Notes: generated by a model not told the origin, from the sequence alone. DNA of 64,000 bases from Deltaproteobacteria bacterium (GCA_036574075.1 JAINCN010000021.1:64652-128651); one strand, 5' to 3'. Shown: positions 31,879 through 42,273, counted from the first letter of the stretch. Numbers and translations: made by a program.

Positions 31879-32658
31879 TCATGAAACCGGGGTACGGGCT
31901 ACGGTCAGGACATGGACCTCCTTAACTCCGCCTTTCTTGAGGACCCTCGCGCACTCGGAGACGGTTGCGCCTGTCGTGTAGACGTCGTCCAATAAGGTCA
32001 CCCGCCTTATCCCATAGGGAATGGGGCGGACGAGGGCGAACGCCCCCCGCACGTTTCCAGCCCTCTCGACGGCGTCGAGCCCGGTCTGGGGCCGGGTGTC
32101 GCGAACCTTGGCGACAAGATCCACGCATACCATGTCGGCGGAGAAGATCCCCCGGGCGATCCTGAGAGACTGATTGAACCCGCGGGAACGAAGCCTGCGC
32201 GGATGCAGGGGGACCGGCACGACTAGGCCTGAAACACGCTCATCACGCGCATCAAGATCTTCCTTGACAAGGGAACAGATCGCCCGCAAGGCATGTCCAC
32301 AACCGGCATACTTGACCCGGTGAACGAGTTCCCGGACCGGTCCAGCAAAGAGGAAAAGGGACCGTGCCCTGTCATAATGGGGAGGTGACGAAAGGCACCT
32401 GCCGCAGACGTGATCCGTACCAAAAGGTCCGTCAAAGGGTTGTCCACAGCGAAGACAGATGGGAGAGACGATCCTCTCGACCGATTCTCTGCAGGCTGGG
32501 CAAAGTCTTCCCACCCTGGAATCCGCTATGGGTTTACCGCACGCAGCACACGTAGGTGGAAAGAGGCAATCAAGAAGATGGGCGAAGGCAGGGGAGAGGA
32601 GTCCCCTCAGCCCGTACCCTACATGGCGGCGGTAATGGCCGCTGCGAACTCCGAGCAC
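31879..32658 (-). CDS. ComF family protein (phosphoribosyltransferase domain)
   Basis: 259-aa ORF with N-terminal zinc-ribbon Cys pairs (CAACGKP...CPACRE, CLRCGQP...CGRC) and a C-terminal PRTase motif [13 protein letters not shown]. Confidence 0.85.
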   Translation of the reverse strand: MLGVRSGHYRRHVGYGLRGLLSPAFAHLLDCLFPPTCAACGKPIADSRVGRLCPACRESVERIVSPICLRCGQPFDGPFGTDHVCGRCLSSPPHYDRARSLFLFAGPVRELVHRVKYAGCGHALRAICSLVKEDLDARDERVSGLVVPVPLHPRRLRSRGFNQSLRIARGIFSADMVCVDLVAKVRDTRPQTGLDAVERAGNVRGAFALVRPIPYGIRRVTLLDDVYTTGATVSECARVLKKGGVKEVHVLTVARTPVS

Positions 32659-33836
32659 CTCACCTCTGTCGCCCCGTCGATCTGACGGGCAAGGTCATAG
32701 GTCACGGTCTTTCTGAGGATGGCGGCCTCGATGGCCCTGCGGACAAGATCTGCGGCCTCCCTCCAGCCGAGGTAGTCAAGCATCATGGCCCCGGAAAGGA
32801 TGAGGGAGCCGGGGTTGACCTTGTCGAGCCCGGCGTACTTGGGGGCTGTCCCGTGGGTCGCCTCGAAGATGGCATAGCCGTCTCCGATGTTGGCGCCTGG
32901 CGCCATTCCAAGCCCTCCCACCTGGGCGGCCAGGGCGTCCGACATGTAGTCCCCGTTCAAGTTGGGCATGGCAAGGACGCTGTACTCCCGGGGCCGCAGG
33001 AGGATCTGCTGGAACATGGCATCCGCGATCCTATCCTTGATGACGACCTTTCCCTCCGGGACCTTTCCGCCGTAAGAGTTCCAAAGGTCTTCTTCCGAGA
33101 CTGCAACGTCTGCAAACTCCCGAGCGGCGAGTTCATAGCCCCAGGCCCGAAACGCACCTTCGGTGTACTTCATGATGTTGCCCTTGTGGACAAGGGTGAC
33201 ACTCGGCCGCCCCGTATCCAATGCGTATCGGATGGCCTTTCTAACAAGGCGTTCGGTCCCGAAACGGCTGATGGGTTTGATCCCGATCCCTGAGTCAGGA
33301 CGGATCCGGCAGCCCATCTCCTTCTCGAAAAAGGCAATGACCTTTCTCGCATCTTCGCTTTCCGCCTCCCACTCGATGCCGGCATAGACGTCCTCGGTGT
33401 TCTCCCGAAAGATCACCATGTCCACGGCCTCCGGGTGCTTGACCGGGGATGGGACACCACGAAAGTGACGGACCGGACGCACACAGGCATAGAGATCGAG
33501 CTCCTGGCGAAGGGTCACGTTGAGACTCCTGATTCCGCCGCCGACCGGGGTGGCAAGGGGCCCCTTGATGGCAACGACGTGCTCCCGAATGCTTGCAAGG
33601 GTCTCCTCGGGGAGCCACGACCCCGTCTCCTTGTAGGCCTTCTCACCGGCAAGGACCTCGACCCACGAGATCTTTTTTCCGCCGCCGTAGGCCTTTTCCA
33701 CGGCCCAATCGAGGACCAGTTTCGTGGCCTTCCAGATATCAGGCCCGATCCCGTCTCCCTCGATAAAGGGAACGATCGGGCAGTCAGGGACGTGGATCGA
33801 TCCGCCTTCGCCTATGGTAATCTTGCCTGGTTTCAT
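32619..33836 (-). CDS. icd: NADP-dependent isocitrate dehydrogenase
   Basis: 405-aa ORF with [32 protein letters not shown] and [27 protein letters not shown] motifs. Confidence 0.93.
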   Translation of the reverse strand: MKPGKITIGEGGSIHVPDCPIVPFIEGDGIGPDIWKATKLVLDWAVEKAYGGGKKISWVEVLAGEKAYKETGSWLPEETLASIREHVVAIKGPLATPVGGGIRSLNVTLRQELDLYACVRPVRHFRGVPSPVKHPEAVDMVIFRENTEDVYAGIEWEAESEDARKVIAFFEKEMGCRIRPDSGIGIKPISRFGTERLVRKAIRYALDTGRPSVTLVHKGNIMKYTEGAFRAWGYELAAREFADVAVSEEDLWNSYGGKVPEGKVVIKDRIADAMFQQILLRPREYSVLAMPNLNGDYMSDALAAQVGGLGMAPGANIGDGYAIFEATHGTAPKYAGLDKVNPGSLILSGAMMLDYLGWREAADLVRRAIEAAILRKTVTYDLARQIDGATEVRCSEFAAAITAAM

Positions 33837-33972
33837 CCTGTTTCCTCCTTCTCAACCTAATCGCGGATCAAGGCACTTCGGGGGATCGTAATCGTGAGCG
33901 GTGCCGTGATGGTCCTGCACCAGAACGGTGAACCCGCTCCGGGGCAGGACTGGCCCCACGAACAAGAACGAT

Positions 33973-34914
33973 TCAGATCCCCTCGGCAGCCCTGTAGTAC
34001 GTCTTGCCTTCGAAATCCTCCTCGCGGACACGCCCTTGGGCAAGAAGCCCTGTGATCACCCTCGAGACGGCATCTTCGCCGCAGCCGAAAAGGTCAGCAA
34101 TCTCGTCCTGCCGCATGGGCCTTCGCAAAAGCATGTCGAGGATCTCCCGCTCGAGAAGGGGGTGAAACCCTTCTGCAAGACCCTTTTTGCTATCGACCAC
34201 GATCTCGATCGGGACACCGAGACCCTGCTGGAGAAATGCCCTCGCCTCCTCGAGCTCATGCCCGATGAGAGGACGGGCCCAGGAAACTGCCGGAGGCCTT
34301 GCCACTGTGTTGAGCTGAACCGCATCGGGGCGAATACGGGCATAGGCATGGCGCAGGGCGGTCAGATCTTCTTCCGTGTCGTTCACTCCCTTCACGAGCA
34401 GGGTCTCGAGCCATATCCTGCCTGCAAATTCCTTTCTCAAGGACTCGAGTCCGGAAACGATCCCCTCAAAATCTACACATAAAGCAGGGCGATCCACCCT
34501 TCTAAAACTCCTTGCCAAGGCCGCATCAAGAGAGGGAAGCACGATGTCGGCCGGCGCCACGTCCCGGCGGACGGCCGGATCGACAAACAGGGTGCCGTTC
34601 GTAAGCACAGTCAGGGGCCGGTCCGTCAACGCCCTTGCACACGCGAGGATCTTTCCAAGGGAGGCATGGAGGGTCGGCTCTCCAGAGGCAGTGATGGTGA
34701 GGGCATCGAATTCCACTCCACCCGCAATTACTTCATTGATTTCACGGCATATTTCTAAAACAGGGGTATATTCAGCACGCACGCAGGCATAGGTTTTCGT
34801 CGGCCCCAATTCACAGTATATACAGTTGAGGTTGCAGGTCTTGCGCGGAAGGATGTCCACCCCAAGTGAGCGGCCAAGTCTTCTTGATGGCACGGGACCA
34901 AAACAGAACTGCAT
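33973..34914 (-). CDS. radical SAM protein with C-terminal winged-helix-like region
   Basis: 313-aa ORF with CNLNCIYC (CxxxCxxC) near the N-terminus. The C-terminal ~60 aa (ILDMLLRRPMRQDEIADLFGCGEDAVSRVITGLLAQGRV) resemble a wHTH. Confidence 0.8.
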   Translation of the reverse strand: MQFCFGPVPSRRLGRSLGVDILPRKTCNLNCIYCELGPTKTYACVRAEYTPVLEICREINEVIAGGVEFDALTITASGEPTLHASLGKILACARALTDRPLTVLTNGTLFVDPAVRRDVAPADIVLPSLDAALARSFRRVDRPALCVDFEGIVSGLESLRKEFAGRIWLETLLVKGVNDTEEDLTALRHAYARIRPDAVQLNTVARPPAVSWARPLIGHELEEARAFLQQGLGVPIEIVVDSKKGLAEGFHPLLEREILDMLLRRPMRQDEIADLFGCGEDAVSRVITGLLAQGRVREEDFEGKTYYRAAEGI

Positions 34915-34931
34915 TGTCTCAGGCGGAGTCC

Positions 34932-35246
34932 ATGGCGGAGAGCGCGAAATTTACGAAAAAAGACCTCTTGTTCATCGGAACGAATGTCTTGATTACCATC
35001 CTCTTCACCCTGCGGCAAGGCCCTATGGAGACAGTGATCTGGGATATGGCCAAGCGACTTTGGGCATACGGGATTTACAGCCTCGCCACTGTTCTCATCA
35101 TCGTAGGACTTACGAAAAAGATGTTCAAATACGAACCCAACAGGGTCCGGATCGCCAGATGGGCCGCTATGCTCGCGGCCTTTGCAGCCGTCTCCCAGTT
35201 CATCCACGAGGCCGTGACAACAATCATCAAGGGGGCATCTCCGTGA
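34932..35246 (+). CDS. hypothetical small membrane protein
   Basis: ATG at 34932 within the 34866 ORF. 104 aa with about three hydrophobic segments. No recognisable family. Confidence 0.45.
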   Translation: MAESAKFTKKDLLFIGTNVLITILFTLRQGPMETVIWDMAKRLWAYGIYSLATVLIIVGLTKKMFKYEPNRVRIARWAAMLAAFAAVSQFIHEAVTTIIKGASP

Positions 35247-35661
35247 GGGCAACATCACCCGCCTCTCCGCACGCCACAGCCCGCATCATCTCCTGGGCGG
35301 TCATCCTTCTTCTTTTCCTCATCGTGCTGCTCGCGTGGGGTCTTGCCGCCGTATCCCTGCCCCATACCTCAGGGCCAGGGGGACTCCAGACGCCATTCAT
35401 CCTCCTTTCGGTCATCGTCGGGGGCCTCGCCCTCTTCTCCGGCATCCTCATCTGGCGCATCCAGGCCGTCTCCTCTTCGTATTCACGGGCCGTCGCCCTT
35501 TTCAGGGAGAGCCGCGAACGTTATCGGTTTCTTGCCGAAGCCCCCCTACCATCGGCATCATCCGTTTCACCATCCACGGAACACGTTTTGCCGACGTCAG
35601 TGGACATCGACAAGGCATCCTCCGGCATTTCCCAGGCCCATTGAAGGATCCATCTCCATGA
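35243..35661 (+). pseudogene. remnant of a membrane PAS sensor gene (2 TM plus start of PAS), frameshifted and 3'-truncated
   Basis: GTG at 35243 overlaps the previous stop (GTGA). Two TM segments are followed by ...FRESRERYRFLAEAP. After a C6 run (35541-35546), the PAS-like sequence continues in the -1 (= +2) frame (PTIGIIRFTIHGTRFADVSGHRQGILRHF) and stops at 35661 on top of the mltG start. Confidence 0.45.
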
Positions 35662-36773
35662 AGATTCTGAAAGACCTTTGGTGGCTTTTTCTCGGCTACG
35701 CCATATTCCTCGGGATTTATGAGTCCGCGCTCACCCTGGACCGGTGGATGGGGCCAAAGGAACCCGGCTCAAAAGTGACGATCACCATCTCTATCCCGCG
35801 GGGAACGGGGCTTGTGGAAATCGCCCGACTTCTCGAGGAAGAAGGGGCCATTGCTTCACGCCACGCACTGGTCCTTCTCGCCCTTTGGGAAGGAAAAGCG
35901 GGGAAGATTCAGGCGGGGGAGTACCTTTTTTCACCTGCCCAAAGCGTTTCCCAGATCCTTGATGATCTCGTGGCCGGAAACGTCCTCAAACACATGGTAA
36001 CGATCCCTGAAGGGTTCACCATGTTCGACATCGCCCGGCTCATAGAGGAGGCTGGACTGGTCTCCCAGGAGTCGTTTCTGTTTGCAGCCCGGGACCGTCG
36101 GCTTCTCAATGACCTCCATATCCCCGCTGAAAGCGCTGAGGGATTTCTCTTTCCGGACACGTATGCATTCACCAGGGATGTCACCGCAGAGTCCATGATC
36201 AGGACCATGGTCGGCCGATTTTGGGAAGTCTGGCAGGAGGATTTTGCACGTCTTGCCGAGGAACGCGACATCAGCGCACATGAGACCGTCACCCTCGCTT
36301 CCATCGTGGAAAAGGAGGCGGCAGTTGCCGAAGAAAGACCGCTCATCGCAAGCGTCTTCTGGAACCGGCTCCAAAAATCCATGCCTCTCCAGGCGGACCC
36401 GACCGTATCCTACGGCATCCTGGAAGAGGAAAGCGCCGCCCCGAAACGCGTCACTGCTTCACTCCTTCGGCACCATAGCCCATACAACACCTATCTCGTA
36501 AAGGGCCTTCCCCAAGGCCCCATCTCCAACCCCGGACGAGATTCCCTGCGCGCCGTCCTGCAGCCCGCACAGACCTCCTATCTCTTTTTCGTCTCCAAGG
36601 GAAACGGAAGGCACCATTTTTCCTCCACACTTAAGGAACACAACCAGGCGGTCTGGAGGTATCTCAAAAAACCGATGGATGAGACGAAATCCAAATCCGA
36701 TACGTCTCAGGAAGACAAGGGCGTCGATTCCTTCTCCTTTGGAGAAAAAACCGATTCAGAGGCTGCGAAGTGA
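35658..36773 (+). CDS. mltG: endolytic murein transglycosylase MltG (YceG family)
   Basis: ATG at 35658 inside the long 35343 ORF. TM segment, LysM-like region (ITISIPRGTGLVEIARLLEEEG), then GKIQAGEYLF, TLASIVEKEA, SVFWNRL, SPYNTY and GLPQGPISNPG motifs. Confidence 0.9.
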   Translation: MKILKDLWWLFLGYAIFLGIYESALTLDRWMGPKEPGSKVTITISIPRGTGLVEIARLLEEEGAIASRHALVLLALWEGKAGKIQAGEYLFSPAQSVSQILDDLVAGNVLKHMVTIPEGFTMFDIARLIEEAGLVSQESFLFAARDRRLLNDLHIPAESAEGFLFPDTYAFTRDVTAESMIRTMVGRFWEVWQEDFARLAEERDISAHETVTLASIVEKEAAVAEERPLIASVFWNRLQKSMPLQADPTVSYGILEEESAAPKRVTASLLRHHSPYNTYLVKGLPQGPISNPGRDSLRAVLQPAQTSYLFFVSKGNGRHHFSSTLKEHNQAVWRYLKKPMDETKSKSDTSQEDKGVDSFSFGEKTDSEAAK

Positions 36774-37046
36774 TCTCCCCGGCTTAAAAGTGATACGTTT
36801 CCGTTTCCTGCACGGGAAAACGGCCCCAGACTTGGGGTTTCTAAAGACATCGGGACCGGACTCATGGACCTGAAAACTCCCGATTCCACGGATTTCCACC
36901 CGGTCTCCTGCAGAAAGTGCGCCCATGATGGCGTCAAAGACGATTTCGACCACGAGTCCCATATCGCCTCGGCTGATGTCTGTAAAATCCTTGCTCAAAC
37001 GATCTACGAGGTCCTTCTTTCGAAGGACCGTCCTGTCAGGGGACAT
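36756..37046 (-). CDS. HU/IHF family DNA-binding protein (IHF beta-like)
   Basis: 96-aa ORF with KKDLVDRLS...VVEIVFDAIMGALSAGDRVEIRGIGSFQV...RNPKSGA. Confidence 0.88.
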   Translation of the reverse strand: MSPDRTVLRKKDLVDRLSKDFTDISRGDMGLVVEIVFDAIMGALSAGDRVEIRGIGSFQVHESGPDVFRNPKSGAVFPCRKRKRITFKPGRSLRSL

Positions 37047-37980
37047 ATTCGTAGGAAAAAACTGTGGAAATCGGCGGGGCAGAGGCTACACCACCGGTAA
37101 GGACACCGGATAAAAGGGCAGAGACCTCCTCCCTGAGCATCTTCCGCAAGAGACGGAGACGATCTTCTTGCGGATAAACGACCTCCGGACGGCCGGTGAG
37201 CTTGGCGTATTCCGCACCCCTCTCGACGGCGCGCTCGAAACCTCCCAGTTCGTCCACAAGGCCCAGGTCAAGGGCCTGACTTCCGGAGAAGATCCGTCCG
37301 TCCGCCAGACGCTCCACGTCTTCCAGGGGGAGCCCTCGGCTTTCAGATACGGCAGAAATGAACTGGGTGTGGATGTCTTCCATGACCCCGGCAAGCACTT
37401 GGCGTTCCTGCTCTGTGATATCCCTTGTTATGGGAGAGAGGTCCTTCAGGTCTCCGCTTTTTATGACCGTTGTGCTGATGCCGATCTTGTCGAGAAGAGG
37501 GCCGATATTGGGAAGCTTCATGATTACGCCGATGCTCCCGGTGACGGTCCCAGGATTGGCGACGATGTGTCGGGCGCCAAGAGCGGCGTAGTATCCGCCG
37601 GACGCCGCCATGGAGGCAAGGGACGCAACCACGGGCTTTTCCGCATCCACGGCCCGTATCTCTTCGTACAGCTCCTGGGATGCGCCCACAGCCCCGCCAG
37701 GGCTGTCGATCCGGACTATCACGGCCTTGATGTCCGAGGCATCCCGGAAATCGCGCAGCATCTCGAGATAAGGCTCTACATCGGCGATCATGCCCGTGAT
37801 CTCCACGACCCCGATGCCTTGTCCGGAGGGCACAGGCCTCTCACCCACCGACCGCACGATCCATATGAAAAGGAGGGTGATAAAGAGAAATCCGAGGATC
37901 GTAAGGCCCCCGATAGTGGCCAGGACCGTCGTTAGGAGGCTCCGAGGCCGCTGCCTATCGTTTACATCCAAATCCGTCAC
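37036..37980 (-). CDS. sppA: signal peptide peptidase SppA, 36K type
   Basis: 314-aa ORF with a TM anchor, AVIVRIDSPGGAVGASQEL, and MAASGGYYAALGARHIVANPGTVTGSIGV (catalytic Ser region). Confidence 0.9.
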   Translation of the reverse strand: MTDLDVNDRQRPRSLLTTVLATIGGLTILGFLFITLLFIWIVRSVGERPVPSGQGIGVVEITGMIADVEPYLEMLRDFRDASDIKAVIVRIDSPGGAVGASQELYEEIRAVDAEKPVVASLASMAASGGYYAALGARHIVANPGTVTGSIGVIMKLPNIGPLLDKIGISTTVIKSGDLKDLSPITRDITEQERQVLAGVMEDIHTQFISAVSESRGLPLEDVERLADGRIFSGSQALDLGLVDELGGFERAVERGAEYAKLTGRPEVVYPQEDRLRLLRKMLREEVSALLSGVLTGGVASAPPISTVFSYEYVP

Positions 37981-38026
37981 GTTTTCCCTTCTCCTTCAGG
38001 CCTCTTTCACCTCGGCCCAAGTCCGT

Positions 38027-39826
38027 TCAGGAACGGCTGTTTCCGCGATGGACGAGTTCCTCCTGCAAAAGGCTGCCAATAGTCGCCCCTCCCTTGTTGC
38101 CTCGGGCCGATGAATACTCTGCGAACATTGCGCGTTCCTCGTCCTCGCCTATCCTCTTGATGGAAAGCCCGATGCGCCGCTCAAGGGGGGCTACATGGAT
38201 CACCTTTGCCGTCACCTCCGCCCCGGTCTCATACATGCCGACAGGGGTTTTCACCTTGCCTGGCCCGATTTCGGAGACATGGATCAGCCCTTCGACACCA
38301 TCCTCGATCTCGACAAAGACCCCGAAGTCGGTCACGTTCGTGACCTTTCCTGTCACAAGGGAACCAATAGGGTATCTGTCCGTAACCGACTGCCAGGGAT
38401 CCGGGGTAAGCTGTTTCACGCCCAGGGAAAATCTCTCTTTTTCGGCGTCGATATGGAGCACGACTGCCTGAATGACGTCCCCCTTCTTGTAGAGATCTCC
38501 CGGATGCTTGATGCGCTTGCTCCATGAAAGATCCGAGATGTGAACGAGTCCGTCTATGCCCTCCTCGATCCCGATAAAGATACCAAAATCCGTAACGTTC
38601 TTGACCGTGCCCTCGATGACAGTCCCGACTGGATAGCGTTCGTGGAGAAGTTCCCACGGATTGGGCTCGATCTGCTTTAGACCAAGGGAGATCCTTCGGG
38701 AGGCGGGGTCCACTTTGAGGACTACGGCCTGCACGTGATCCCCAGGCTTGAGGAGCTGGGAAGGATGCCTGATCCTTTTCGTCCAGGACATCTCGGAGAT
38801 GTGGACGAGACCCTCCACCCCCTCCTCTAATTCGATGAATGCACCATAGTCGGTCAGGCTCACCACCTTCCCCTCCACACGGGAGGCGACTGGATATTTT
38901 TCCTCGACTCGGAGCCAGGGGTCCTCAGTGAGCTGCTTTACCCCCAGGGAGACCTTTTCCGTGACAGGGTCGAATTGGAGGACCTTGACCTTCACAGAGT
39001 CGCCGACATGGAAACGCTTGGAAGGATGCTCAGTCCGCCCCCACGAGATATCAGTTACGTGGAGAAGACCATCAATTCCGCCAAGATCGACGAATACCCC
39101 GTAATCAGTGATGTTCTTGACGATGCCGTCTCTGACCTGGTCGACGGAAAGGGTCGAAAGGGTCTTCTCCTTTTGCTTCTCCCTCTCCCGCTCGATCAAG
39201 GAACGGCGCGAAACGACCACATTTTCCCGCCTGCGGTTACACTTGATGACAAGGCACTCCATAGCCTGACCAATAACGGAATCAGGATCGGCTACAGGGC
39301 GTAAATCCACCTGGGAAAGGGGAAGAAAGGCCTTCACCCCTGTGGCCGCATCCCCGATGATGAAGGAATACCCTCCCTTGACCCGGGCAACGGGCCTTCC
39401 CGAAACAGGTATCTGGTTTTCGTATGCAGCGATGATCTGCTCCCAGGCCCGGTTCCTCACCAACTTAGAATAGGAGAAAATCCGGATGCCCTCCGAAGGC
39501 CTCCATCTGTCGATGAGGAGTTCAATGCTCTGACCGGGTGCCACGGTCAAGGTACCGTCTTCGGCGAGAAACTCCGAGATCGGGATCTGCGCCTCGGTCT
39601 TGTAACCGACGTCCACCATGACTGTGTCCCGGTCGTACCGAACGACCTTGCCCTGTATGACTTCCCCTTCCTGAAAATCCTGGAAACTCTCCTCGAAAAG
39701 GGTTTCAAACTGGCTCATGTCCCCCGATTCCTCTGATGATGCTGATGGGGGGGCGTTTTGTTCGGCCTCCTTGCCGGAGGCCGGTTCTTGGGTATGCTCC
39801 TGGGTTACCTGATCCACTTTGTCCAT
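38027..39826 (-). CDS. rpsA: 30S ribosomal protein S1
   Basis: 599-aa ORF with six S1 domains (repeated G.V..VTD.G.FV.....GL.H.SE). FETLFEESF N-terminal signature. A shorter start at 39718 is possible. Confidence 0.93.
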   Translation of the reverse strand: MDKVDQVTQEHTQEPASGKEAEQNAPPSASSEESGDMSQFETLFEESFQDFQEGEVIQGKVVRYDRDTVMVDVGYKTEAQIPISEFLAEDGTLTVAPGQSIELLIDRWRPSEGIRIFSYSKLVRNRAWEQIIAAYENQIPVSGRPVARVKGGYSFIIGDAATGVKAFLPLSQVDLRPVADPDSVIGQAMECLVIKCNRRRENVVVSRRSLIEREREKQKEKTLSTLSVDQVRDGIVKNITDYGVFVDLGGIDGLLHVTDISWGRTEHPSKRFHVGDSVKVKVLQFDPVTEKVSLGVKQLTEDPWLRVEEKYPVASRVEGKVVSLTDYGAFIELEEGVEGLVHISEMSWTKRIRHPSQLLKPGDHVQAVVLKVDPASRRISLGLKQIEPNPWELLHERYPVGTVIEGTVKNVTDFGIFIGIEEGIDGLVHISDLSWSKRIKHPGDLYKKGDVIQAVVLHIDAEKERFSLGVKQLTPDPWQSVTDRYPIGSLVTGKVTNVTDFGVFVEIEDGVEGLIHVSEIGPGKVKTPVGMYETGAEVTAKVIHVAPLERRIGLSIKRIGEDEERAMFAEYSSARGNKGGATIGSLLQEELVHRGNSRS

Positions 39827-39924
39827 TGACCAAACTCTCCCTGTAAGTAAAGTATTTTTTTATACCAAGTGGGGGAATAAACTTCAACGTCGCCCTCAAA
39901 AATGCCACGGAATGGCCACAAGGC

Positions 39925-40611
39925 ATGACAAACAGTCACAAACCATGGGCAATCTGTCTTGTGAGCGGCGGCCTCGACAGTTGTGTCGCCGCCGCCATTG
40001 CTGATGAGACCTGCCGCCTCGCCTTTCTGCACGTAAACTATGGACAAAGGACAGAAAAACGGGAACTCGAAGCCTTTCGCGCCATAGCCGATCACTACCG
40101 CGTCCAGGAACGCCTCGAGACATCCATCTCATATCTCCGTGAGATCGGCGGATCGGCCCTGACTGACTGGCGCATCGCTGTTCCCCCGGGAAATCCCGCC
40201 AGAGAAGGGATACCGGCCACCTATGTCCCCTTCCGAAACACCCACCTCATCGCCATCGCCGTATCCTGGGCCGAGGTCTTAGGGGCGCGCTTCATCTATA
40301 TCGGAGCGACCGAGATGGACAGCTCCGGATACCCGGATTGCCGCGCTGCCTATTTCCAGGCATACAACCGGCTCATCGAGGAGGGGACAAAGCCGGGTAC
40401 ATCCATCCGGATCGTGACCCCGCTTTTACACCTCGACAAGGCCGGGGTCGTGCGCGAAGGCATCAAAAGGGCGGCCCCCCTTCACCTCACGTGGTCGTGT
40501 TATGCCCAAGAGGATAAGGCCTGTGGTCGCTGCGACTCCTGTCTCCTCAGACTCAAGGGCTTTCGGGAGGCCGGCGTCAAAGACCCTGTCCCCTACAGTA
40601 CAAAAACATGA
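39925..40611 (+). CDS. queC: 7-cyano-7-deazaguanine synthase QueC
   Basis: 228-aa ORF with PP-loop VSGGLDSCV and a C-terminal zinc Cys cluster CYAQEDKACGRCDSC. Confidence 0.92.
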   Translation: MTNSHKPWAICLVSGGLDSCVAAAIADETCRLAFLHVNYGQRTEKRELEAFRAIADHYRVQERLETSISYLREIGGSALTDWRIAVPPGNPAREGIPATYVPFRNTHLIAIAVSWAEVLGARFIYIGATEMDSSGYPDCRAAYFQAYNRLIEEGTKPGTSIRIVTPLLHLDKAGVVREGIKRAAPLHLTWSCYAQEDKACGRCDSCLLRLKGFREAGVKDPVPYSTKT

Positions 40612-41081
40612 GCCCTCACCAAAAACCAAACACCAACCCCTTAAAAGACCTCTCCACAGAGGGCACAGAGAACACAGAGAAAACCTATTTCATTAGCATG
40701 AAAAAGATATTTTCCTGCCGGTGCTGCGGGCACTGCTGTCACGGAGCAAGCACGGTCTCACTCACGCAGCGCGAGATCGAACGGATCGCAGCCTATCTCT
40801 CCCTGACCGTTGAGACGATGCGTTCCCGATACCTCGTCCAAAAGGGGACCCGCACTGAGATGAAGGTCGTAGATGGGCATTGCATATTCTTCGGGGAAGA
40901 CGGGCTCTGCGCCATCCATCCCGTCAAACCCTTTCCGTGCAGGCAGTGGCCTCTGCACCCGAGCATCCTTGATGACCGGCAGGCGTGGGAAGCGATCCGG
41001 ACGGACTGCCCGGGGTTCGAGCGGAACGCCACGTACGAGGATGCATGTAAACTGGTGAGGAACACACGCCATGGATCTTGA
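40608..41081 (+). CDS. YkgJ-family (CxxCxxCC) zinc/iron-chelating cysteine cluster protein
   Basis: 157-aa ORF with ATGA overlap to queC. CRCCGHCC motif plus a later C...C pair. An alternative start at 40698 (MKKIFSCRCCG) is possible. Confidence 0.75.
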   Translation: MSPHQKPNTNPLKDLSTEGTENTEKTYFISMKKIFSCRCCGHCCHGASTVSLTQREIERIAAYLSLTVETMRSRYLVQKGTRTEMKVVDGHCIFFGEDGLCAIHPVKPFPCRQWPLHPSILDDRQAWEAIRTDCPGFERNATYEDACKLVRNTRHGS

Positions 41082-41877
41082 AACACTCAAGACGAAGGTC
41101 TTTGTGAGCTGCCCCTATTCATTGCTCGTCACCACGTATCTGGACCGTATCAGGACCGAACGCCTCCAACCCGAAATCAGCCTGAATGATGGGTCCCTCG
41201 ACTCCTACACACTGCGAAGTTTTGCCGAAACGGCCCGGATCCTTGCCGAAGAAGGGCTTTCCTGTACGTTTCACGCCCCATTCCTGGATCTTTCCCTCGG
41301 GGCGATCGATCCAAAGGTCAGGCGGGTCACACAAGACCGGCTTGAATACACCCTGGAGATCGCCAGGATCTTCGGAGCGCGAAGCGTCGTCTGTCACACC
41401 GGGTTCGACCATCGGCACTACGGACCCTACACAAAGGCCTGGATAAAAAACGCGGTCCTGACCCTCCTCCCACTTACGGACCAGGCATCGTCTGCGGATA
41501 TCCCGATCATGCTCGAAAACGTCTTCGAACTGGATCCTTCGATCCATGCAGAGATCTTTACGCACATTCCGTCTCCGCACTTGGGATTCTGCCTGGACCT
41601 GGGGCACCAGACGGTCTTTTCCCGATCTGATCTTGCCACATGGATGAATGCATGCGGCAGGCGTCTCGGTCATGTCCATCTCCACGACAACCGGGGAGAA
41701 TGGGACGAACACCTTACCATGGGATCAGGGATCCTCGATTTCGACGCCCTCTTCTCTCGGCTCAAAGAGGATGGCCTCTACCCCATCCTCACCATCGAGG
41801 CCCACCGCTCGGAGGACATACTGCCGTCACTTGCCGCCCTTTCCAGCCTCCTCGATCGTTATCCCATCGGGCCGTGA
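41071..41877 (+). CDS. sugar phosphate isomerase/epimerase (xylose isomerase-like TIM barrel) family protein
   Basis: 268-aa ORF with the pattern FHAPF...VCHTG...MLEN...CLDLGH...HLHDN, typical of AP_endonuc_2 TIM barrels. Confidence 0.7.
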   Translation: MDLETLKTKVFVSCPYSLLVTTYLDRIRTERLQPEISLNDGSLDSYTLRSFAETARILAEEGLSCTFHAPFLDLSLGAIDPKVRRVTQDRLEYTLEIARIFGARSVVCHTGFDHRHYGPYTKAWIKNAVLTLLPLTDQASSADIPIMLENVFELDPSIHAEIFTHIPSPHLGFCLDLGHQTVFSRSDLATWMNACGRRLGHVHLHDNRGEWDEHLTMGSGILDFDALFSRLKEDGLYPILTIEAHRSEDILPSLAALSSLLDRYPIGP

Positions 41878-41983
41878 CCCTTATGGGACGCGGAGTCAGG
41901 GGGCTATTTGCCCTGTCTGCCCTGTCTACCGAAAGACTGGCTCACGATACAAATGCCCCGGCCGCCGGATTATCGCAAAAAAC

Positions 41984-42012
41984 TTGCACCCGCAACGACT
42001 ACAGGTTAAATA
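41984..42012 (+). promoter_or_regulatory. candidate sigma70-type promoter of rpmB
   Basis: TTGCAC (41984-41989), a 17-nt spacer, then TAAATA (42007-42012), about 40 nt upstream of the rpmB ATG. SD GAGGAG at 42039-42044. Confidence 0.45.
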
Positions 42013-42052
42013 TTTCCTTTCTTATCGGTCAACGAAACGAGGAGAATGAACC

Positions 42053-42247
42053 ATGGCCAAGACATGTGAAATATGCGGGAAAGGTCCTGTGACAGGTTGC
42101 AACGTGAGCCATGCCAACAACCACACAAAGAGACGATGGATCCCCAATCTTCAGCGGGTCAAGGCAGTGGTGGACGGTAAAACCTGTCACATCCGTGTCT
42201 GCACCCGCTGCCTCCGCTCTGGAACGGTCGTAAAGAAGGTCTCCTGA
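42053..42247 (+). CDS. rpmB: 50S ribosomal protein L28
   Basis: 64-aa ORF: [34 protein letters not shown]... Confidence 0.93.
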   Translation: MAKTCEICGKGPVTGCNVSHANNHTKRRWIPNLQRVKAVVDGKTCHIRVCTRCLRSGTVVKKVS

Positions 42248-42257
42248 AAACCGAGTC

Positions 42258-42273
42258 GGCAGATCTGCCTTTT
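42258..42273 (+). terminator. weak hairpin plus T-run after rpmB
   Basis: Perfect palindrome GGCAGATCTGCC (42258-42269) followed by TTTT (42270-42273). Lies between convergent rpmB and relA/spoT. Confidence 0.35.
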
